NCBI GenBank assembly: GCA_043753995.1 | Contig: JAYUVP010000175.1 | Location: 1 to 12,465 of the forward strand | Length of the DNA stretch: 12,465 nucleotides | Source of the DNA: Fibrobacterota bacterium | Lineage (GTDB): Bacteria > Fibrobacterota > Fibrobacteria > UBA11236 | Direction: 5' to 3' | In this document: piece by piece, positions 1 to 6,535 of the stretch | Layout: each line of letters opens with the position of its first letter | How positions within the stretch are numbered: position 1 is the first letter of the stretch | The notes under the pieces: model-generated | Told to the model about the DNA's origin: nothing | Database searches by the model: none | What the model saw: only the letters and a program-made list of their open reading frames with translations | Program-made: the position numbers and the translations under genes

Positions 1-797
1 ACAAGCGACAAATCCTGAATGTCTTGCATATCATTCACCTTTACAATGAGATCAAGGCGGGTCGAGGCAAGCACATCACGCCGCGAACCTTTATTTTTGG
101 TGGCAAAGCGGCGCCAGGCTATTTCATGGCCAAGCTTTCCATTAAGCTGATCAATAGTGTGGCCGAAGTGGTGAATAGCGATCCCGATTCCAAGCATTTA
201 CTGCATGTGGTTTTCCTAGAGGATTATCGCGTTTCCCTGGCCGAGCGCATTTTCCCCGCCAGCGATCTCAGCGAGCAAATCTCTACTGCCGGCAAAGAGG
301 CTAGTGGGACGGGCAATATGAAATTCGCACTTAATGGCGCCCTGACCATAGGCACCCTCGATGGAGCCAATATCGAGATTCGCGAAGAGGTGGGAGCCGA
401 AAACTTCTTCCTTTTCGGACTCACGGCGGAACAGGTGCAGCAAAAGCGGCTTATCGGCTATAATCCAGCCGAATACATCGAAAAAGACTCACGTCTCATG
501 GCCGTCATGGATTTATTTCGCACCGGATATTTCTGTCCCGAAGATCCCCTTCTTTTCGCGCCTATCTTTGAGAGCCTCTTGTCCAAGGACGAATACATGC
601 TCATGGCCGATTTCGGCGATTATGTCGATTGCCAGGAAAAGGTTTCGGCGGCCTATCGTGATCCTGACAGTTGGACACGAAAAGCCATCCTAAATGTGGC
701 CCGCGTAGGTAAGTTCAGTTCTGACCGAACCATAGACGAATACGACCGGGAAATCTGGCGCTCGGAGCGTATCGCTATTTCGATGGAGGATGAGTGA
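1..797 (+). CDS. glgP: Glycogen/starch/alpha-glucan phosphorylase (GT35), C-terminal part; 5' end lies outside the window
   Basis: Frame is open from nt 3 (KRQILNVLHII, matching the conserved YKRQxLN motif), so the TTG at 24 is not the real start. Contains FGGKAAPGY, SEQISTAGKEASGTGNMKF (PLP-binding Lys signature), GTLDGANIEI and FSSDRTI. Confidence 0.97.
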   Translation, partial: KRQILNVLHIIHLYNEIKAGRGKHITPRTFIFGGKAAPGYFMAKLSIKLINSVAEVVNSDPDSKHLLHVVFLEDYRVSLAERIFPASDLSEQISTAGKEASGTGNMKFALNGALTIGTLDGANIEIREEVGAENFFLFGLTAEQVQQKRLIGYNPAEYIEKDSRLMAVMDLFRTGYFCPEDPLLFAPIFESLLSKDEYMLMADFGDYVDCQEKVSAAYRDPDSWTRKAILNVARVGKFSSDRTIDEYDREIWRSERIAISMEDE

Positions 798-1957
798 GCG
801 ATATCGTCATTATCGGCAATGTCTCCGATGATCCCTTCGCCATTGATATTGGCCACATGTGCGGCCAGCGCGAAGACATCGCCGATATCATTTCCCTGAA
901 AGTCTATGCCAATACCGAATTTTGCCCGCGCTTCATCAGCGATGAGGAAGATCGCGATCATGTAGGGCGCTCCCTGGAAGGTCGCATCGTGGCGATATGC
1001 TCCACGGCGACCAGTCATACCCGAGGCTCTCTGGCCATGCGCACCTTGATTTTGGCCCGCGCGGCCAAGGACAATGGGGCGAAAAAAGTCGTGCTGGTGG
1101 AACCGGATCTCTTTTTCAGCGCCCAGGATCGTGGCCCGCATCGCCGTCCAGGCGAAGATGCGCGTTCGGTGGAAGATCTCAAGAAATTCGATGGCCAGCC
1201 TTTCACGTCCGAGCTGTATGCCCAATTGCTGAAATTGTCGGGAGTCGATGAAGTGGTCACCGTCCACAATCACAGCTCCAAGGTGCAGAAGCTTTTCAGC
1301 GAAACCTTCAATGGCAATTTCCACAACTTGGTGCCCTACGAGCTTTATTCCGACTATGTCAAATACAGCGACATGGTGGTCACCGGCAAATTCGGTGACA
1401 ACTTGGTTTTAGTCGCGCCCGATCATGGTGCGGTCCCCTTTGTCAATTCGGTTTATGAAGCCTTGGACCTACCTAAGGCCTCCCGCCTAGTGATGGAAAA
1501 AAACCGGACTGGCGAAAGACAGGTCCGCATGCAAGTCGGCAAGGAAAGCGACTTGCGCCTGGAAGATATAGCCGGTAAGGATGTGATTGTACTCGACGAC
1601 ATGGTGCGTACGGGAAATACCATCATCCAATGCTGCAAACTACTGTGGGAAGGCAAGCCCAATAAGGTTTGTTTTGGCGTCACCCATTTTTACAGCTCTC
1701 CCGAAGGCCGGGAGAATTTGAATTCGCCTTATCTCAACGAAATTCTGACCCTGAATACCATTCCTTCCATTCTCAATCGCGACTCGCAAGGTCGCCTGCG
1801 CAAAAAGATGGTTGTGCTTAAAATAGAGAAATGGATAGCCAGATTCTTGCTTCAGAACATGGGTGACACGCAGAACGTGGCCAAGTTCGAGCGAGACTTT
1901 TATAGTGTGGACATGTCGTCGAAAAACCCCCGTTGGCGACCGAGGAATTGGCGATGA
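794..1957 (+). CDS. prs: Ribose-phosphate pyrophosphokinase (PRPP synthetase)-like protein, divergent
   Basis: GTG start overlaps the glgP stop (GTGA, 794-797) with GGAGG at 785-789. Motif order matches Prs: AAKDNGAKKV, AQDR, HNH (cf. DLH), APDHGA (cf. SPDxGG), KNR, DDMVRTGNT (PRPP/R5P loop), THF. Confidence 0.85.
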   Translation: MSDIVIIGNVSDDPFAIDIGHMCGQREDIADIISLKVYANTEFCPRFISDEEDRDHVGRSLEGRIVAICSTATSHTRGSLAMRTLILARAAKDNGAKKVVLVEPDLFFSAQDRGPHRRPGEDARSVEDLKKFDGQPFTSELYAQLLKLSGVDEVVTVHNHSSKVQKLFSETFNGNFHNLVPYELYSDYVKYSDMVVTGKFGDNLVLVAPDHGAVPFVNSVYEALDLPKASRLVMEKNRTGERQVRMQVGKESDLRLEDIAGKDVIVLDDMVRTGNTIIQCCKLLWEGKPNKVCFGVTHFYSSPEGRENLNSPYLNEILTLNTIPSILNRDSQGRLRKKMVVLKIEKWIARFLLQNMGDTQNVAKFERDFYSVDMSSKNPRWRPRNWR

Positions 1958-2799
1958 AAACCTTGTTGGTGGCGCATCGAGGCGCCTTGGGTGACTTCAC
2001 CCTCACCTTTCCGGCCTTGATGCTTTTGCGATGGAAATACGCCGACCACCGCTTTGTCGGCATTGGCCGTCCCGAGCACATGCGCCTAGCGGGAGAAATG
2101 GGTCTTTTCGACTCTTGGTTCGATTGTGAAAGCGCCGAAATGATGCCGCTGTTCTCAGGTGAGTCCGTGCCCAAGGTTTTGGGCCGCATCGATGCGGCGC
2201 TTTTCTGGATGGACGAAGACCCGAAGCTGCGAAAGATGTTGACTCAAGCCTGTCAAGGCCCGGTGCATTTGCATGCGCCTTTCCCTGGCAACGGTGAGCA
2301 TGTCATGGATTATCACTTGCAATGCTTGCCGTATTTTTCGCTCCCTGCCATCGCTGAGGACGACCCGTATTTTCCTTTGGAATCGCGCCGTGAGAATTAT
2401 GCCCTGATTCATCCGGGTTCGGGCAGCGCCAGCAAGAATTTCGATCCCGAATTCTATGGGTTTTTGGCCAATGAATTGAAAAGCCGCCGCTACAAGGACA
2501 CGCGTATTGTTTTAGGGCCGCAGGAAGCCGATTTGCGACATCATTTTGAAGGACGCTTCACTATTGAGGCTCCCGAATCGGTAGTGGATTTGGCTCGACT
2601 GCTTTCCCGTGCCGCATTATTCGTTGGCAATGACAGTGGCGTCAGCCACTTGGCTGCCCTGCTTGGTGCCAAAACCCTGGCGCTTTTTAAAACCAACCTC
2701 CATGCCCAATGGGGAGTGCGAGGCCGTGACGCCACCAATTTGGAAGTTATGAATGAAGCCCAGGCCATGACTCGAATTCAAAAGGCCTTGCAAGACTAA
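1954..2799 (+). CDS. Glycosyltransferase family 9 (ADP-heptose:LPS heptosyltransferase-like), 281 aa
   Basis: GT9 motifs HRGALGDFTLTFPA, IHPGSGS and FVGNDSGVSHLAALLG. ATG 1954 is preferred over the track's TTG 1933 because it overlaps the prs stop (ATGA) and follows GAGGA at 1942-1946. Confidence 0.88.
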   Translation: MKTLLVAHRGALGDFTLTFPALMLLRWKYADHRFVGIGRPEHMRLAGEMGLFDSWFDCESAEMMPLFSGESVPKVLGRIDAALFWMDEDPKLRKMLTQACQGPVHLHAPFPGNGEHVMDYHLQCLPYFSLPAIAEDDPYFPLESRRENYALIHPGSGSASKNFDPEFYGFLANELKSRRYKDTRIVLGPQEADLRHHFEGRFTIEAPESVVDLARLLSRAALFVGNDSGVSHLAALLGAKTLALFKTNLHAQWGVRGRDATNLEVMNEAQAMTRIQKALQD

Positions 2800-3713
2800 G
2801 GTCCTTCCCATTTCCAACCCCCTGGGCCAGCACGGAAATAAAGGTTTCCAACTTGATCCGTGCGTAATAGGTTTTTCGGATTGTCCAAAACCTGAACGAG
2901 ATGGTCTAGAACTTCCCGATGGGGATGGCCGTAAGCATTGCTGTCGCAGGAAATAACCGCAAAATCCGGTTGCACCGCTTTTAAAAAGCCCGCATGACTA
3001 GACGATCGCGATCCGTGATGGCCAACCTTTAAAACCTGGCTTTGCAAACTCACTCCGGCTTCAAGTAGGCGTGACTCCACCGATAAGCCAGCATCCCCCA
3101 TAAGTAAGGCCTTCCAGGGGCCGCAAGTCAGCCTTAAAACCAAAGAGCCTTCATTGCCGTCGATCAGGGTGTCTTCTGGCGGCCAAAGTACGGAAAGGTT
3201 TGCCGTGGAGGCGATTGGAATTTGCCTTCCCGTCCTTAGAGTGTCCACAGGAATGCCCAGTCGTGCAGCCTTTTCGAGCAAGGCCAACCCCAGGGTATTT
3301 CTGGAAAACACCGCACGCGAAGGGATGAAAATCTTCTGGATCGACACCTTTTGCATGAGGGCAAGAACGCCCCCAATATGGTCGGCATCGCTATGGGTCA
3401 GGAAAAGCCCCTGTATATGGGTGACGCCTAAATGGGGCGCTAAGGTGTCCCAACGGGTCAACGGCGGGCCGGTATCGATGAGAAAGGCCGAATCAAGCCC
3501 ACTTTCGGCGTCAATCAGGATGGCGTCTCCCTGTTTGACATTGACCGCGATGAGTCGTACCGCGGGCTCAAGAGGAGTTTGACGATTTTCACCCTCCAGA
3601 GGGTAACATCCCCAAAAGCAGAATAAAGGCAGAAGGACTCCCACTCTGCTTTGGGAAGGCAATCTGTCAATGATTCGCGAATTTCTAAGATTATGGTGTT
3701 GTATAACGGGCAT
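2796..3713 (-). CDS. ComEC/Rec2-type MBL-fold metallo-hydrolase (stand-alone, probable lipoprotein)
   Basis: Motifs NVKQGDA, IDTG, THSDADHIGG, NEGSLVL, LLMGDAG, LKVGHHGSRSSS and YGHPH. Hydrophobic stretch VGVLLPLFCFWGC. Start is uncertain (3764, ATG 3713 or TTG 3662). Its stop overlaps the convergent GT9 stop at 2796-2799. Confidence 0.87.
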   Translation of the reverse strand: MPVIQHHNLRNSRIIDRLPSQSRVGVLLPLFCFWGCYPLEGENRQTPLEPAVRLIAVNVKQGDAILIDAESGLDSAFLIDTGPPLTRWDTLAPHLGVTHIQGLFLTHSDADHIGGVLALMQKVSIQKIFIPSRAVFSRNTLGLALLEKAARLGIPVDTLRTGRQIPIASTANLSVLWPPEDTLIDGNEGSLVLRLTCGPWKALLMGDAGLSVESRLLEAGVSLQSQVLKVGHHGSRSSSHAGFLKAVQPDFAVISCDSNAYGHPHREVLDHLVQVLDNPKNLLRTDQVGNLYFRAGPGGWKWEGP

Positions 3714-3800
3714 ACTGGTTGGAAAATAGGCGAGCCGGTATATACCGACTGTGAAGCCTATCACAAATAGTCAAGCCTACGGAGAGACGACAGACAGATT

Positions 3801-5507
3801 ATGGAACTTGGACGTTATCGCATACTCAGCCAATTGGGCCAAGGTGGCATGGCTACGGTGTATTTGGGCGAAGATCCTTTGCTCAATCGCCTCGTTGCGA
3901 TCAAGGTGATTCAAGCCCACTTGACTTATAACACCTCCTTGATTGAGCGCTTCACGGTCGAGGCCAAAACCATCGCCGCATTGCGCCACATGAATATTGT
4001 CGAAGTCTTTGACTTCGGTATTCAGGACAATCAGCAATTCCTGGTCATGGAATACATTGATGGCCAGAATTTACAGACCCTATGCGGAGCGATGTCTGGC
4101 CAGCCCATGTACAATACCGTCGCTGCCGCCATTTTATGCCAAGCCGCCGAAGGCCTGACCTCCGCCGAAAAACACGGCGTGGTTCATCGCGATATCAAGC
4201 CTGAAAATTTGCTTTTCAATTCTGAAGGTGTTTTGAAAATCGCTGACTTTGGAATCGCGCATATTGCCGATGAGCAATCGCGCACCCAAACCGGCGCAGT
4301 ATTGGGATCGCCGAATTTCATGAGTCCTGAACAAATCGAAGGTGTGAGACCTACGCATCGCACCGATTTGTTTTCCTTGGGTGGCGTCTTTTATTATGCC
4401 ATGACAGGCAAGCTTCCTTTCACGGGTCCCAGTATTCCCGTCACCATGCGGAATATTTCAGAAAAGCCGCATCAAAATATTTTGGAACTGAATCCCGGCG
4501 CGGATCCGTTTTTGACCTCGCTCGTGGATGCGCTATTACAGAAAAATCCGTTGGATAGACCCGAGGGTGCGCGTTGGCTAGCCAATCAATTGCGCAGTTG
4601 GCTCAATCACAATGGCGTCGTGGATATCGTCGAGCATTGCCGTAACTATATCCAGAGTCTCGGAATCACCTCCTCTCAGACCATCAGCGAAGGTTCCAGC
4701 ATTCCAGGCAAACCCCTGCGTCCTGGAACTCGTGTCGGTGGATCACGGCAAGGGACGGGCTTAGCTATGCCGAACACGGGAACCCGCAATACGGGTTCTC
4801 AGGGTCTAGGCATGACCGGCGCCAATTCAGGCGCCATTCTTCAGCCCACCACGGGCGCCAATGGGCCCAGTTCTAAAAGCCCGCTGGTATGGGTGGGTGG
4901 TTTGGTCGCAGTTGCCGTCTTGGTTTTGGCGGGTGTTCTGGTTTGGTTTAAAATGTCGCCGGGGGCACCTGAAAAGCAAGCCCCGCCAGTCGCTTTGACC
5001 AAACCAGAGCCAAAACCCACCTCAACTCCCTCACCTGCATCGGCAACCCAAGTCAATGCCGCCTTGAATACGGCGCCAGTCACACCAACCGTGACCACCC
5101 AACCTGCTCAACCCAATAATCAAGCCTATGCGGCCCAAAGACCGGTTGTGACTGCCTCTCCCGAGCGTAAACCACCCAGGGAGCCCTCGCGTTATGAACG
5201 GCCAAAGCCAGTCTATACCAAGCCTGAAATAGAAACGCCTCTAGCCAAACCCTTTGTGAAACCGGTGACCGAGCCGGTGACTGCCGCAGCCAGTACAGGG
5301 ACTATTCTCGTCAAATCCGCCCCGCCTTTTGCCGCTTTGACAATTAATGGGAAGCCTCAGGGGGAAACGCCCATGAATGCCTGGTTGGATGTTCCCGTGG
5401 GCAAATGCCATATTGAAATCGTGCATCGCCTGACCCCGCCCTTCGACACCACCATCACCGTGACACCTGGTTCCAGACAAGAGTTCAAATTCAAGCTGGA
5501 TCGCTGA
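3801..5507 (+). CDS. Hanks-type transmembrane Ser/Thr protein kinase with Pro/Thr-rich linker and C-terminal PEGA-like domain
   Basis: GQGGMATVY, VAIK, HRDIKPEN, DFG, FMSPEQ and DLFSLG. TM helix LVWVGGLVAVAVLVLAGVLVWF at about 4884-4949. C-terminal GTILVKSAPPFAALTINGKPQGETP is PEGA-like. GGAGAG at 3781-3786. Confidence 0.95.
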   Translation: MELGRYRILSQLGQGGMATVYLGEDPLLNRLVAIKVIQAHLTYNTSLIERFTVEAKTIAALRHMNIVEVFDFGIQDNQQFLVMEYIDGQNLQTLCGAMSGQPMYNTVAAAILCQAAEGLTSAEKHGVVHRDIKPENLLFNSEGVLKIADFGIAHIADEQSRTQTGAVLGSPNFMSPEQIEGVRPTHRTDLFSLGGVFYYAMTGKLPFTGPSIPVTMRNISEKPHQNILELNPGADPFLTSLVDALLQKNPLDRPEGARWLANQLRSWLNHNGVVDIVEHCRNYIQSLGITSSQTISEGSSIPGKPLRPGTRVGGSRQGTGLAMPNTGTRNTGSQGLGMTGANSGAILQPTTGANGPSSKSPLVWVGGLVAVAVLVLAGVLVWFKMSPGAPEKQAPPVALTKPEPKPTSTPSPASATQVNAALNTAPVTPTVTTQPAQPNNQAYAAQRPVVTASPERKPPREPSRYERPKPVYTKPEIETPLAKPFVKPVTEPVTAAASTGTILVKSAPPFAALTINGKPQGETPMNAWLDVPVGKCHIEIVHRLTPPFDTTITVTPGSRQEFKFKLDR

Positions 5508-5590
5508 CTTTTCGCGAGAGGCTTGAGCTATGTTTAGCTCAATTCGTCAAATTGGAAGCCAACGGTTGCCTTAAAGTGCAATCAATGGTT

Positions 5591-5614
5591 AGGGCTTTGG
5601 CCCTTCCTTTTCTT
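5591..5614 (+). terminator. Possible weak intrinsic terminator/hairpin downstream of the kinase gene
   Basis: AGGGC-TTTG-GCCCT (5591-5604) followed by the pyrimidine run TCCTTTTCTT. The stem is short and the U-tract imperfect. Confidence 0.35.
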
Positions 5615-5660
5615 GACATAGCCCAAGCACCGGATTCCTAGCATCCGGTCTACGTAGGAG
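5613..5660 (+). promoter_or_regulatory. Candidate promoter/leader elements of the downstream outer-membrane gene
   Basis: Perfect TTGACA at 5613-5618; TAGCAT at 5639-5644 (non-optimal 20-bp spacing); hairpin ACCGGAT-N7-ATCCGGT at 5629-5649; SD AGGAG at 5656-5660. Confidence 0.35.
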
Positions 5661-5671
5661 TGCAATTCACG

Positions 5672-6403
5672 ATGAAGGCTATCATCCGAACGGGCTTTGC
5701 CCTGGCAGCAATGATTGCTGCACCTGTGTTCTCCCAGGTACAGCTCTTTGAGCAGGATCTTTCAGGCCTTGTGCCCTATGTCGGGGTCAAGTGGAATCAA
5801 AATGCGACCGAGATGAGTCTTGGCATTGAGTATTCCATTGAAGGTCGAACCACCTTGGGTTTTGCCGGTAATATCCCTTTGACCGACACTTTGAAGTGGG
5901 AAAACTCGTATACGGCGGATAAACCTAGCGCCTATATAGTGAACCCCTATGCCATATTTGAGTTTTTTGAACCTGGAAATTTGAACACCTTCAGCTTTGC
6001 CATTCGTACTGACATGTATTGGGAGGATTTGAAAAAGGCCGATGATAACCGTAATGATTTTAGCCGAATGCTCATCGGTGGTGGCCCAATTTTCGCCTCA
6101 CGCATTTGGACCAGCGATCAATTTGCCGTCATTCCAACCGTCTATTATGAGTTTTTCTATACCCGCTGGACTAAAACCGTTTTGTTGGCACCTCCCCCCG
6201 GGCAAGTCGTGAATAAAAGCAATTCGACCAATGGCGACGGCATTGCTCATGATATTGGGCTAAGCTGTGCCTTTTACTACAAATTCAGTGAATACATGGG
6301 CTTTTCTTTTGAACCCAAGGGCTTGTTCAAATTAGGCGAAGGAAGAGGCGACAAAGATTTGGTGAATATCCATACCCAATTCAGCTTAGTCTGGACCATG
6401 TAA
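5672..6403 (+). CDS. Hypothetical secreted protein, probable outer-membrane beta-barrel (243 aa)
   Basis: Signal peptide MKAIIRTGFALAAMIAAPVFS|Q. Aromatic-rich alternating segments (VPYVGVKW, SLGIEYSI, NPYAIFEF, IPTVYYEF, FSFEPKGLF, TQFSLVWTM). ATG 5672 is preferred because AGGAG (5656-5660) overlaps the GTG at 5660. Confidence 0.7.
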   Translation: MKAIIRTGFALAAMIAAPVFSQVQLFEQDLSGLVPYVGVKWNQNATEMSLGIEYSIEGRTTLGFAGNIPLTDTLKWENSYTADKPSAYIVNPYAIFEFFEPGNLNTFSFAIRTDMYWEDLKKADDNRNDFSRMLIGGGPIFASRIWTSDQFAVIPTVYYEFFYTRWTKTVLLAPPPGQVVNKSNSTNGDGIAHDIGLSCAFYYKFSEYMGFSFEPKGLFKLGEGRGDKDLVNIHTQFSLVWTM

Positions 6404-6420
6404 TATTTCGGCTAAATAGG

Positions 6421-6461
6421 TCATAAAAAAGGCTCCGATACTTTCGGAGCTTTTTTTATGA
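6421..6461. terminator. Bidirectional rho-independent terminator
   Basis: TCATAAAAAAGGCTCCGA-TACTT-TCGGAGCTTTTTTTATGA: 18-bp inverted repeat (one G.U pair) with A6 and T7 flanks, lying between convergent genes ending at 6403 and 6536. Confidence 0.92.
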
Positions 6462-6535
6462 CGGTACCTTTCGAATAAGGACTCTGGCCGAATGGCAAGA
6501 TATTCACGGGGTTGTCCGAGGGGCCTGATGTGCGT

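Noticed and set aside
653..1324. 223-aa minus-strand ORF, plus the other 60-140 aa alternative-frame ORFs in the track
   Set aside because: They lie on top of well-supported genes, show no recognisable motifs and are consistent with shadow ORFs.
2796..2799. Overlapping stop codons of convergent genes
   Set aside because: Common in compact genomes; no further signal.
5613..5649. MerR-type promoter (TTGACA-20 bp-TAGCAT with a dyad)
   Set aside because: The dyad is centred on the putative -10 rather than within the spacer, and no MerR gene is in the window.
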